Part shown: positions 1 to 13,192 of the stretch, piece by piece
Layout of the letters: the number at the start of each line of letters is the position of its first letter
Numbering within the stretch: position 1 is the first letter of the stretch
Source: Octopus bimaculoides
Lineage: Eukaryota
Length of the DNA: 64,000 nucleotides
NCBI RefSeq assembly: GCF_001194135.2
Contig: NC_068986.1
Coordinates: 91,451,360-91,515,359 of the forward strand
Direction of reading: 5' to 3'
Made by a program: the position numbers and the translations under genes
Notes under the pieces: model-generated
Seen by the model: the letters and a program-made list of their open reading frames with translations, nothing else
Database searches by the model: none
Told to the model about the DNA's origin: nothing

Positions 1-529
1 AGGTCTTTTCAATCAGAGCTGACTTGGAGGCTAAAACAATGACAAAAAGTTCAGCAGCCTATAGAGAAGCATAAGCCAAAGAGGGAGCCTCTAGGTAATC
101 ACTTGACCTGCAAGACATACCAGCCAAATTTCCCTCAAACCACACTTTACCATCTTAAACAAAGAGGACATATTAGATAATGTATTCCAATATACTCATA
201 AAAAAAGATGGGATGGTAACAGCTAGAATGCCTTTGGTCATAAAAGAGCTTGATCTCAAGATTGACCAGGGGTTAAACAACAACAGAATTAACTTGTGTT
301 GGATTTAGACATAAACTAAACAAGCTACAGCTTAGGATTTGACAGTCCACAGGAACCTCAATAATTCACAAGGGTCTCACAATCTACAGGGCCTTGAACT
401 CATTAAAAAGTATACATGTTTTCAATGTGTGACCATCTAGTGTAATTTTTTAACAAGAAGCTTCCAAGCTTTTTTTTATAGTTTAGAGCTTTGCCAAGCC
501 TAAATCCAACACTGAGACAGCATTGTCTT

Positions 530-670
530 TTTTTTCTACTCAAGGTATAAGGACTGAAATTTTGGGGGAGGGAGCCAGTCGATTAGATCAACCCCAGTAT
601 GCAACTGGTACTTAATTTTTCGACCCCGAAAGGATGAAAGGCAAAGTCAACCTCAGCAGAATTTGAAGCA
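530..670 (-). mobile_element. SINE family B, partial copy
   Basis: Reverse complement of the core GTYGACTTTGCCTTTCATCCTTTCGGGGTCGA…AAGTACCAG that recurs throughout the window. Confidence 0.8.
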
Positions 671-764
671 CTGAGACAGTATTGGTGAACGGTAATTGTT
701 AACTGTTGACTAAGTCTGTATTCACTATGGACATTACCAGAACCTACAAACATGCAGTCTAACT

Positions 765-995
765 GGCAAGGGACAACTACAACTTGTTAGAAACAGCAGT
801 CAAATTTCCCTCAAATTATACTCCATCATTTAAAAAAAGAAAGACACACTGCACAATATAGTCCAGGGTACACTGTTCTTGCGGGGAAGACAAAAGACAG
901 GATGGTCATATGTTGAATGTCAGTGATCATAAGTCTGTTCAGTTGGAACTGACTTGGAACTAAACAATAACAACAACAACAACAACAACAACAAC
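765..995 (+). mobile_element. Interspersed retroposon family F, representative copy. Other + copies at ~80-290, ~1700-2105, ~2250-2630, ~4225-4620, ~4730-4890, ~9340-9510, ~9700-9895, ~50690-50850, ~58390-58540. Minus copies at ~33060-33170, ~35950-36150, ~63830-63880.
   Basis: Recurrent blocks 'cttgctagaaatagcagccaaat…ggatggtcatggctggaatgcctttgatcat…gacctggggctaaacaacaacaac' ending in an (AAC)n tail. Confidence 0.7.
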
Positions 996-1723
996 TAATT
1001 AGAATAAAGTCATCAACAGGAATACTTCAGCTTCTGACCCACAGATATAGGGCATCCTTCTCTGCTTTGTCTATTGCAACTATAATGAACTCTGATGCTC
1101 GGAGCTGGCTAGCCTGATGCCACTTTCATTCAGGCATTCTCACCCTACATGTTTGGCTCTCCTCTTTGCACTACCACTGTTGTCTCCAACCCCACTCCCA
1201 AACCTCAGACTTATCACTCCACCCAGTCCTTCCTTCCTAGAATGTCAGCTCTATGGAATTCCCTCCTTGTTCATGTCTTTCCTGCAGGTGTTGACATGTA
1301 CATAGGCTCAGGAATGAAAGAAGGGGGTGCACCCCCTAAACAGATTTTGTTCTTACACTTATGGACTTGTAAAGGTTCAAGAAGAACATTAATGTCATCA
1401 ATCTCACTGGTCTAGGAGACCTTGTGAAAGCCACAAGCACTGACTCTTTGCCCAGACACAGTAAGTGAAGAAAAGAAAAGAAAAATACCAACTCCTTACA
1501 TGCCATACAGGTCTGCATTATCAAAGCTGATCAGTAGGTACGCAACAATAACAGTAAAGGTGTCTGCTACCCTGATGTATACCTCATTAAACCTCGTCCA
1601 CTTAAAAAAACATTTGACAAAACCTGTCATTCTACTTGCTGTTGTCAATTTGTTTCTCACATTAAGAACATGATAAAAAGAAGAAAAACAAAAAGAAAAA
1701 GAAACCAATGGAAGCCTCTAAAT

Positions 1724-1913
1724 CAGTGGTTCTTTACCTTTTTGATATCGAGGTTAAATCCAAAACCTGGATTTTTTTAGGGGCCTGTAACAAAAAAAAA
1801 AAATGTAAGTTGATTAAAGAAAAATTTATTTGTTGAGTGAAGACTGTCGAGGGCCACTGGAAGGATGCCTGAGGGCTGCAAGTAGCCCTTGGAGCCGTGG
1901 TTGAGAACTACTG
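1724..1913. mobile_element. hAT (Charlie-like) MITE
   Basis: TIRs CAGTGGTTCT…/…GGTTGAGAACTACTG. 8-bp TSD ctctaaat (1716-1723) / ctctatat (1914-1921). Confidence 0.85.
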
Positions 1914-2263
1914 CTCTATATAGTCACTCAATTTGTTAGAAATAGCAGCTAAATCCCCTTTAAATCACACCTACTGTAAATGATTTAAAAAAAACGACAT
2001 ATTGGATAATATAATGTCTGATGAACAAAATATAGGATGGTCATGATTGGAAGGACTTTGACCACAGATCTATTCAATTCAGGTTGACCTAGGGTTAAAG
2101 AAAAGTAACAGCTCAAAACAAGCAAAAATCACCCTGAAAACTCTACCCCCATACAACCCAACTCATCCCCATTCCTACATTCTTCTCAAACTCCTTTCCC
2201 AACAATGCTTTACCTTCAACCTCCAACTCACCACAAAGCAAGGCAAAAAAGAAGACTCTACAT

Positions 2264-2452
2264 CAGTGGTACCCAACCTGTGGTCCGTGGACCACTGGTG
2301 GTCCACAAGAGTAGTACTGGGGGTTCATGAACTAAATTCAAAATTTCATCTGTATATANNNNNNNNNNATATATATATATATATATATATACATACATAA
2401 GGATAAGTATATTAAAAGGGGTCCTTGATAGTGAAAAGGTTGGGAACCATTG
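2264..2452. mobile_element. hAT (Charlie-like) MITE
   Basis: TIRs CAGTGGTACCCAACCT / AGGTTGGGAACCATTG. Perfect 8-bp TSD ctctacat (2256-2263, 2453-2460). Confidence 0.9.
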
Positions 2453-2974
2453 CTCTACATGGTTGCTCAACTTGCTAGAAACACCAGTAAATCAGCTCCC
2501 CCCACTACACACACACATTGCATGATGTTGTCATGGTGACACTATGTCTGAAAGGAAAATAAAGAATGCAATAGTCATCACTGGTATGGTCTGTCAGTTC
2601 AGCACTGGTCTGGGATTAAACAAAAACAGCTTACCCATAAATCAAACAAAATATCCAGTCTTCAATCTATGAAGAACTACAAATGTTACAAAAATTAAAT
2701 TGTGTGAGAAGCACCCACTTTCTTCCATTCTGGTCGATATTGGGTCTACTAAATATCTACCAGATATTTAGTAGACCCAATATTAATTAAACAATTAGAA
2801 AATAAAAACAAAAAGGAAAATTCCTACCACATATATGTAATCAATGTATTTGGCAGCTATCAATACATGAAATTTCCTTGTTTGTTGTTTGTAGCATTTA
2901 AATAGCCTCTAGTGATTTTGTTTATTAATTTCTTAGATAAATTCACTTGGTCAAAGTTTTTCAAGTCAACACAT

Positions 2975-3420
2975 TCATCATCATCATCATCGTTTAGCAT
3001 CTATTTTCCATGCTAGCATGGGTTGGAAGATTTGACACGAAGCTGGCCAGCTGAGAACTGTCCAGACTCCAATTGTCTATTGAAGCATGGTTTCTATGGC
3101 TGGATGTCCTTCCTAATGCCAGGATGCCCTTCCTAACAACATTACATATGTGAAACCCTACCAGTTTACTATATTTGTATTTAGTATGGAGAATGCTACT
3201 CTCACATGTTTCTCCTTCAGCCATATTTCTGAAATAAGATGTCCTGCTTTATATCAACATTTTTATCATTGTTTTAATGTCTACTTTTCTATGTTTGCAT
3301 GGGCCAGATGGAGTTTATTGAGGCAGATTTTCTGCAGATAGATGCCCTTCCTGTAACCAACATTTACATGTTTCCAAGCAAGGTTATTCCTCCGTGGCCA
3401 AACATGTTTTCACAGAATAT
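2975..3420 (-). mobile_element. Retroposon family D (RTE-like 3' tail), degenerate fragments
   Basis: (CAT)n followed by 'gtttagcatctattttccatgctagcatgggttgg…ggatgtccttcctaatgcc', the same family as 48025 and 55413. Confidence 0.7.
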
Positions 3421-3516
3421 TGGAAATAAATGACATTCGTTAAGAATAATCACAAAATGTCAAGACAAGAAGATACAAACATACAAACACTCAAACACAC
3501 GCATACACATATACCC

Positions 3517-3584
<68 letters not shown>

Positions 3585-4255
3585 TGAGTGAGTGAGTGAG
3601 TGAGTGAATGAATGAAAACATTTCTTTCCACATACTGGTCTTTGGACAGTGTTTGAATAACAACTTTATTCGCTCACATATGAATACCCTCTCTCTCTGT
3701 CTCCCCCCTCTCTCTTTTTCTGCCCCCACCTCTCTCTCTTTCTCTGTTATTCTTTCTCTGTTATCCTTTCTCTCTTATCATTTACACCTGGTGTGTTCCA
3801 CTGTCAAGCATAAAACTTAAAGATGCAACACTGGAAAGCTTCATCTTCCAATAAATTGATGTAAATGTTAAAATGATGTTATTATTTTAAAACAACTTTG
3901 AGAATAACAACAAAACACTTAGTGATGAAGTGATTCAAACTTATTTATGAGAAAAATGATAATTACTCCAATCATTGTATGACTAATTTTTTTACATTGA
4001 AATAGAGAAATAGAATACTATTTTCTGTGACCAAGACATTTAACTTTTAAACGATCCAGTTTTCTAAACCAAAAATAAGCCTTGTAAAATGGAAACATTA
4101 ACAAAAACAATTGCTGTGTGTAAAGCTTGGAGAAGAATGTGCTCCTCTTTGTCCTCAATATGTTTTCTATAAAAGCATTATATAAAGAAGAGCTAATGAG
4201 GAAGCCATTACACAATCATTCAATATGCTACAAATAGCAGCCAAATCTTCTTTAA

Positions 4256-4476
4256 CCCTTACGTTACCAACCCGGCTGAAACCGGCTCTGGCTCTGTGGT
4301 ACAAATGTCTTGTTTTCATAAGTTTTGAATTAAAAGCTTCCGCCAAACCTTAGTCACAATTTATGTTCCTAACATTAGCTGAATGATAACTAAGTTATTT
4401 TACTAAATTCTTTGTTATATCTAAAGTAATTGAAAGAAACACAGAGCATCTCAAAATAAATACAGTAATGAAAGGG
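4256..4476. mobile_element. piggyBac-like MITE nested in a family F copy
   Basis: TTAA TSD at 4252-4255 and 4477-4480. Termini CCCTTACGTTAC / GTAATGAAAGGG. Confidence 0.85.
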
Positions 4477-4972
4477 TTAAATCACACTCTATTATCTTAA
4501 CAAAAAAAAAATGAAAGGACATATTGAATACTACAGGTCTAGATATCTCTACAAAACAGGATGATCAAGACAAGAATGCCTTTGATCACAGATCCACTTG
4601 ATCAGGATTGACCTGTACAACAACACTTCATAAAGACAAAGTCTTTGAGGTGGTCCCCAGATAACCCAATGGATGATGTGAGTCACTACCAGTAAAGGAG
4701 CTTTATACGGCTGCTTGAATTATAGTAATAACAGCCACATTTTCCCCCGAATCACACCTTAACTGTTTTGAAAAAGGAAAAACACATTGGATAATGAAAT
4801 CTGGGGTACACAATGCTCGAAAAAAGATGTAAAAATCATGACTTGAATGCTTTCCATTACTTGACCAGGGTTGATCTGAGTAAACCAAACAATATTAACA
4901 ATGAGATGAGATCAGGAATTCAAAGAAATTGGAGACTCTGTGTCAGCAAAAGTCAATCCCTAGAAATTCATC

Positions 4973-5008
<36 letters not shown>

Positions 5009-5055
5009 TATAATTATTATTATTTTTATTATTATTATTATTATTATTATTGTTA

Positions 5056-5183
5056 TTTCAAATTTTTGCCACAAGGGCAGCTTGAGGGAGGTGGGGATGA
5101 GTCGATTACATCGACCCCAGTGTTCAATTGGTACTTAATTTATCGACCTTGAAAGGATGAAAGGCAAAGCTAACCTCGGCGGA
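5056..5183 (-). mobile_element. SINE family B, partial copy
   Basis: 3' tail and core of family B in reverse orientation. Confidence 0.75.
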
Positions 5184-5199
5184 ATATAATAATTATAAT

Positions 5200-5770
5200 A
5201 ATAATAATGATAAATGCCCGGATGCAGTACCAGGCAGTGGCTCTCATGGCTTCTGATCTTAATTGATTGGAAGTGTTATCATGTACATTGTTTTGTCTTG
5301 GTATAAAAGATGGGCTATAGTAAATATTCTGCTCAATACCACAGATTTGCTTGTCAGTTGTTTGACCATAACCAGTTGAGCATGTCCCTTGGTGGCTGAC
5401 GATATGTGCATCTCTGATCATGAGCAGAAGTAGTGGGGGAGCATCATAGCCATGTGTTGAGAGGAATTCTTTGGGGTTTGAATAATTCACCCTTGGAAAC
5501 ATGGGTGTTTTGCTCAACATCCTTAAACAACCCTTATTCAGGGACCTTTTGAGTGGGATGGGCTACTCGACCTGAAGAAAATTCTAACTGGGCCCCACCT
5601 GCAAGGTCATGCACTGTTTATCTTGATATGAGATCACCATGTCGCGCACATATTGTTCTGATGCGTGTTCCCGGTGTACCCTTATCAGACGGGTAGTCAT
5701 GATGTGTATGCAGGGCTTCGTATATTTTACCCCATCACTTTGATGGCATGCACTGCTCACTCACCCAATA
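5200..5770. repeat. Probable interspersed element of unknown class flanked by (AAT)n
   Basis: Higher-GC block bounded on both sides by AAT repeats. Only one copy in the window, so repeat status is inferred. Confidence 0.4.
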
Positions 5771-7045
5771 ATAATAATAGTAATAAATTAATTTGCTATA
5801 GTTAGTGAAAAATCCAATGTTTTGGATGTTTCTTTAGAAAGAAAAAATTATAGAAACTAATGCTGGGATTAATTACTAACACATAATTGTTTAGTAACCA
5901 TGGTATAAGCCTCTTTATACTTTCTTTCTTGCCAAAGAAAGAAACATGTCCAAAATATTGGATTATGTTTTCACTCCTCATAGCAAATTTGTTCACTGTA
6001 TTAACATTACATCTATCCTCATTTATCACTGATCCAAGATAACACAGAACACTTGATTGTAAACCATGTTATGCTTTTCCTAAATTGATCTGTGATAGCA
6101 CAAGTTGGCAATCAGTCAAAGATTCTGCCTATGATATTTTTTAATATATTATTATTTACTGATTATAAACTATTAAATTTTACTCTAAATATTTTTCCAA
6201 ACATGAAGCAATATTATTATGTGTGTTTAAAAACTATTTGGCAGTATCATTTGGGTAAGTTAGGAGGCCAACTTGGGGTCTCATCTTGAAACTCCAACTT
6301 GGTCAATTATTCATTTATCATGATCGATTATCATATGCTCATTTAATAGTTTTTGCTTTTTTAACCAAACAAAGACAAATGTATTAATGTAGTGAGAATT
6401 CTTTCAAGTATCATGTTTGGGGTTCAATTTTATCATAGTATAAACATGCTTATCACAGTCCATCATATTTTCTTATTGCTATACAAATTAATTCTAAAAT
6501 ATCTTTTTACCCGCAGCCATTTATTGCACTTGGTAATATAATTGCCATGCAATGAAAAAGCACTAGAGTAATAATAATTGGGTATTCTTCCAGCAGTATA
6601 TTGGATAGACATTATCCCTTAGTGGGTTGGATTCACAACCCCTAACTTTCTTCGATATATGTATATATATATATNNNNNNNNNNNNNNNNNNNNNNNNNN
6701 NNNNNNNNNNNNNNNNNNNNNNNNNNNNNNNNNNNNNNNNNNNNNNNNNNNNNNNNNNNNNNNNNNNNNNNNNNNNNNNNNNNNNNNNNNNNNNNNNNNN
6801 NNNNNNNATAAATTTAGTCCTGTATTCCCAATATTAAGGTCAAACTCTTTTATTATCACATGTGGTTTATATATATATAGGTTGTTTTCATCCCAGATAG
6901 AGATGAGAACTAACATCCCATGTAGCAGGATTGATAATTGATGCGATTTCTCATCTGCATGAAACCTATGGTAGCCTTGTTAACCTCAAAATAAAGAATA
7001 TTTATCCACCAGTGCTGAGCACTCATTTTCAGTTTGATATTAGCA

Positions 7046-7119
<74 letters not shown>

Positions 7120-7599
7120 CATATATATATATATATATTCCCTTCATAGACACATGTAAAATCTGTCCTCTGTCAAAACTCCCCCACTCTTCCTCACATC
7201 CTCACCTATTGCAGGTCCCTACACCCTCCATTACATGCCTTTCTCTGCCCTCCCATATCTACCATTGCCCCCTTCCTGACCACTAATTTTTCTCACCATC
7301 GCTTTCTGCAGTCATGTCTTCCCCATCTCTAAACATCTCTCCTCACACTTTTATAGAACACCCCCTCTATCCCCTCTGTATTTATACACCCACCCACTGT
7401 TTCCATATCTCCAACACTATCTCTTTCTCTCTCTTTCTCTTTCACTCTTTCTCTCTCTCTCTCTTTTTCTTTCACTCTTTCTCTCTCTCTCTCTCCCTCG
7501 CTCTGATTGTCTCTTTCTGTCTATCATACTCTAATCTCTTACCTGGTACACAGCCACTTTCCTTGGTTCCATTCCCTGTTTTAGCTGAAAGGTCTCTGT

Positions 7600-7845
7600 C
7601 TTGCAGGCTATTTGGCAACTCCACTGGTGCTCGTGCCACATAAAAAGCACCTGCGATGGTGACACATGAAAAGCATCCAGTACACTCTATTAAGTGGTTG
7701 GTATTAGGAAGGACATCCAGCCACAGAAACCAAGCTAAAACAGACAATTGGTGCCTGGTACAGCTCTCTGGCTCTCCAGCTCCTGTCAAACCATTCAACG
7801 CATGCCAGTATGGATGTTGAATGATAATGATGATGATGATGAAGA
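7600..7845 (+). mobile_element. Retroposon family D copy
   Basis: 'ggtattaggaaggacatccagcc…catgccagtatggatgttgaatgataatgatgat' matches the family D 3' end. Confidence 0.7.
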
Positions 7846-9506
7846 TGGTGATTACATTTATTATAACAGTAATGAAAAAAAAAGAAAACATCAGTATTAA
7901 TTAAAATTTCTCCCAAAAGTCAAGGGGAAAACTCTTTTTATTTCAATTAGCCAAAAAATATATCTGGAGGTTTGTAGGACATAAGGCTGAGTTTGAGTTT
8001 GATCCTTGCTGGATATGGTTTTGGTTACATTAGGCCTTCCAGTAAAACATTGAGAGCCTCCACTCTCTAATATATTACCATTAAAGTGGAAGTTCTCTCC
8101 CTTTCCTCTTTTCAGAGTAATTTTCTTTAACACTAATGACTTTTCTTCTTATTATGATTATAACTCCAATCAGTTAAAAAAAATCTTTTCACTTCACCAT
8201 ATTAAGTATGTTAACATGCATGTAATTATATGCTCTATATACTGAAGGAACGCTTCAGAAAAATTTCCAGTGTCATTATTTTTAATTGCCTCATCAGTGA
8301 ATGATTGACACATCAAAAACTATATTTTATAGTCATTCGGAAGTCTTGGTGGCAGCCTTGATGAGAAGCTCTAATAAAACTGAAATATATAATAGTCTAT
8401 GTATCATAGTACAGATATGTCATGGAAAGCTAAATTAACTGCATTAAGTGCATTTCTGCCTTTTGGGGCTTCATCAGTAGCAAATACCCACAAACAGTTG
8501 CCAGTGAGTGTGCATACAACTGACAAGGCCCCACCAAATGCAGAAATGCACATCTAGCATTCCCAACACCACTGCTGGATAATTTTTATCTGCAACTGAT
8601 ATATTTATAAGTTATTCAACCATAGCTAATTTGATTGTCTGTGACATATTTGCATTATGATACACAGACTGCCATTTATTCTAACACAGCTTCTGTTGCA
8701 CGTACTGATATATTATGATCATCATAACTATCAAACCGCCTACATATCTCCATTTAATCTTTGCTCAACTGAAAGTTTGGGAGTTCTCTCCCTTGATCCC
8801 ATTTGAAAGTAATTTTCATTAAAACTAATGACTAATATTCTAATTATGGTTATGATCTCATTTGTTTAAAAATTATTTTGGGCTCACTACATTAAGAACT
8901 GTAGCATACATATAACTATATATTCTTTATACAGAAGGCAACCATGGGAAATTTTCCCCTATCAATATACATGTTTGTGTATGTATGAATGTATGTATGT
9001 ACTTCTAATCTATATACAATGCATAGAGAAACTAAAGACACGTTCACAGACACACATGCATACATGCAAACTCACGTTCACACTGTTACTATGTTCGTTT
9101 ATATGTGTTAATATAAATTCCTGTTTTAATTCCCGAAGCTGACTTAACGTGTGAACAGTGTTGTATGGTGCGTATGTCGTATTGCAGCTGTATGTACGTG
9201 TTTGTCTATATGACCATATGCAAGGTATCGATAAAGAAAGCTTGCTAACCACAACAACAGCACCTGCAACGCCCACAATATCTTCACCACCGTCATCCTC
9301 ATCAACATCTGAAGCGGCAAACGAGTGACGCTATGTGATGTCTCGACCTGCTAGACACAGAGGCCAACTCTTTCTCAAATCACATCCATCCCTCTCAAAA
9401 AAGGAAGGACATACATTAGATAATGTAATCTTTAATACATCTTTAAAAAAACATACAGGATGGTCACAGCTGGAATGCCTTTTAGACCAGTACTGATCTG
9501 GAGTTA

Positions 9507-9538
<32 letters not shown>

Positions 9539-11269
9539 ATATAGACAACAACAATGCTGATGAAAACCATACCTATACTATTAATAATAATTCATTTAGC
9601 AGTAACAACAACAGTAATACTATCACAGTAACTACACTGATCAATGCCAGTACAACTTCATCACCACCACAGCCATCACAGGGAGGGGGAGGGATCTATG
9701 CGGTCGCACGATCTGCTACAAATAACAGCTTAATCTCCCTCAAAAAATCAAACGCTAAGGACACATTAAATGATGCGGTCCTAAGTGCGCCATGCCTTGG
9801 GGTGGGGGAAAAAAACCGGAACGAACGCAACTAGAATACCTTTGGTCAGGGTCTGTTTGATCAGAGCTGACCTGAGGCTGAATACAACATAAGCTCGTCG
9901 ATATGACTATTATCACGCAAAAGCGACCACCACCAGCATAGCTACACACCACCACAACCGTAACTACAGCATCACCACAACCACAACCCAACCGTTTCAA
10001 TTACACCGCTATAGTCACAACGACAGAACTATACCACCACTACCACCACAATTAATTACACTACTTCAATCACAACGGCAGAACTCTCACCGCTACTACT
10101 ACTACTACTACTACTACTACAGTCACCACAATGAAACCACTTCAATCACAATCAGACTATCATCTACACCACCACAACCACCACAACCACCACCACCACA
10201 AGGTCAACAAGACCATTACATTCTGACAGAGACGGGGATGACGGAAGAGACGATACGACAGAAGCTAGGGGGAAATCGAACACCTGGATGTCCTGTTCAA
10301 GGTGTATGTTGTGTGTGGGAATAAAGATGAGGGGAAATTAGGATGGCGATGGTGAGGGAAAACTGTTGACTACAAACAAGGGGCATATATAGAGAGGTAT
10401 ATATACTGCGTCAGAAGGGGAAGAGAGAGGAAAGAACAAGGTAATTAAGAATGACAGGATCTAGAAATCTGAACGAAAAACTGGCTGGGAATTGACAGGA
10501 AAAGCGAGAGATGACGAGAGGAAACGATAGAATACAGTTAGGATGACAGATAGAGGCAATAAGAGAGATAGGGATATGTCAGAGAGAAAGAGGAGAAGGA
10601 ATAGAAAGAAAAAAGAAAGCACAAAGTGAGAGAGAAAGAGAGAAAGAAAGAAGGAGGGGAAAGGAGTATTAACATGAGAAGATAAAAAGAACGAGAAGAT
10701 ACAAAAGGAAAATGAGATAGAAAGACAGATGGAGTAAAAGTGAGAAATGAGGAACAAAAATGTGAAAAGGTGGGTTCCAGCAGAAAAACAAAAAGTAAGA
10801 AGGAAGAGAGCGAAGGTGACTAACAAATAAAACTAAGGTAAACGATGGAGATGTATTAACACATTTATAGAGAGGGAGAGAGAGAGGGGGGATTGAGAAT
10901 CTAATACAATTATATACATGATAAATAGACATTAATAGATGAGCATATAGATAGGTGCACAAATAGTAAGGCAAACAGATAGCCAATCGATCGATCGGCA
11001 GATAGATAGATAGATAGATAGTGACACATGAAGATGGACAGAAAAATAGAGATACGCAAGGGTAGCTAGAACGATGTATTGTGAATGACCTGACCTAGTT
11101 AATGAGGGATGTGTTGAAAAACGAAAGGCGATCAAAACAAAAACAAATTGAATAATCATCGCCAAAGGGTTATTAGTGTAAAAGAATTACGACATTCAAA
11201 CTGAACGTGATATGACAATGTACGTTCGTCTTATTCTCACATCACACTATATTACACACACACACACAC

Positions 11270-11270
<1 letters not shown>

Positions 11271-11357
<87 letters not shown>
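11271..11357. repeat. (AGAT)n microsatellite
   Basis: Direct reading. Confidence 0.95.
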
Positions 11358-11783
11358 CCTAGTGGTTAATGGGTTCAGCTCATATAAGGTCGTGGGTTCG
11401 ATTTATGGACCGACGCCTATTGAAACCTAGAGCGGAGTGTTTCATTTTATGCTGCTACACTCTACTCAGCTGGAAATGAGTAACAAACAGAATGTTGATT
11501 CAGCCTTTTCTCCCTCTAGCTATCACATCAACGATATTCTGCTGGGTGAAGGAAGGTGGGTGCGGGCAGTCCAAATGAAGGCTACGATGGAGGTGGATAT
11601 GTATGTATGTAATAATAGTTTTGACTAAGCCCCACATTACTTAAAGTTTCATGAACGCGTAAGACACATTCACGAATCCTGTAAGTAACATGGAGCTGAG
11701 TCCTAACTGTTATTGAATACATATAACTCCAACCAAATGTGTTGAATGCTACTTTCTCCCAAGTATGCACTTACTCGTATGTT

Positions 11784-11818
<35 letters not shown>

Positions 11819-12369
11819 CACACACACACACAAGAGTGAGTGTATGTAAATGCAATTAAGACTGAGATTTTACACTGTCTCCACTTCGAGTTGCACGTTA
11901 CCGCTCTTCAGTACGACTAATAAGTTTTGGTTTATATATTACAGGCTTTATATATTTGTTCAAATTGACAGTTATAAATACTGAAATTCTAAAATTCAGA
12001 ATCTAACAAAATATTTAACGGTTGATAAGGTATTTATATGGGAAATTTGAAATAAAAATGATAGGAGAAAACTAAAAGCTAGAGGGGCATGAGAGAAAAG
12101 GCGGGAACAGAGAGATGCAAAAGAAGAGAGAAGAAAGAGTAAAGAAAAATATGAAGAAAAGATAGAAAAAAGAGAAGGAATAGGTAGAATGAACTATGAA
12201 GCCTATGTAGACAATTAGTTTCGACGTCGTTATGGAGAATGGGTATATTTATTAGGGAAGATTGTAAACACTGATAAGAAAGTGTAAGGTGTATGATTAT
12301 GTAAATAGCTAACGAAAGAAAGAGGAAAATTCCTAAAGAAAAGAAAGAAAAAGAAAAATAATAATGCTG

Positions 12370-13139
12370 AGGTAGAGACGTATATCCTGGAAAACCAGCC
12401 GATCAGTGGTTAAATAAATAACATGGAAATAATGTACAGGGTTCAGTTGGCAATTGAGAGTTGATTTTCCAATTGTGAGACAACGCATTTCATCAGAGGA
12501 AGACGTTTTAATTGAGTAGTATCCAACTATAATAATACCATGAAAGAGAGTGGTTGCCACTCAGAAATACAATAAACATTACCGTGTAACACTTCTTAAA
12601 GTAGAAAACGAAAACACTGCTCGAGCGTAACATAATCTGGTTTAATCCTCCATACAGTCTAAGTGTGGTGTCCAATATTGCCAAAACTTTCTTGAGCCTT
12701 TCGAAGCAGTACATCTCAATTAGTCACAACTATCACAAAATCTTTTACCCGAATTCCAGCGAATTCGGGTAAGAGCCTTTCGTAATTTAACCAATACTAA
12801 TGCAACATCAATTCATGCCCATTTGATGGCTAAAATGAAAATAACTTATGCTTAACAGAACGCATCTTTAAAAGCAAGTACGCACAGCATATATGTTTTT
12901 TAGACACCCAAGGGAAAGAAACATCAACCGCTTTTGGAAGCACATCTTGAGACTAGAAGATACCACAACTTTAAGGACTGTATTCCATGATAGGATTTTA
13001 CAAACCACATTCTGGAAAGTTTGGATCGTGTTTGTATACATGCAAAAAAATCTCGCTTTTACACCCCACCTCAGCTTGTTGAAATTTTAGGAACGAATTA
13101 ATTTTGACATGTCGTTACCAAAACAAATTTATTCTTTGA
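12370..13139 (+). pseudogene. Decayed Penelope-like element (PLE) ORF, C-terminal RT/linker and GIY-YIG region
   Basis: Frame-shifted fragments: YNNTMKESG; RNIIWFNPPYSLSVVSNIAKTFLSL…SHNYHKIF (from 12626); FRHPRERNINRFWKHILRLED; RNDLILTCRYQNKFIL* (stop 13137-13139). The order and content match motifs I recall from PLE ORFs (WFNPPYS…HKIFN…SKHIW…CRH.NKF). Confidence 0.75.
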
Positions 13140-13192
13140 TAGTATATCTACGAGCTAAATATACTGCAGTTTTATAGATGAAAAAATTTTTT

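Noticed and set aside
1496-1708. Minus-strand ORF with a pyrimidine tract and a GTAAGG donor-like site
   Set aside because: The peptide has no K2P or other recognisable similarity.
7543-7584. Possible 42-nt phase-1 cassette exon of the K2P gene (AKTGNGTKESGCVP) with a strong donor CAG|GTAAGA
   Set aside because: The acceptor lacks a pyrimidine tract and abuts a family D repeat. The peptide does not resemble the expected second cap helix.
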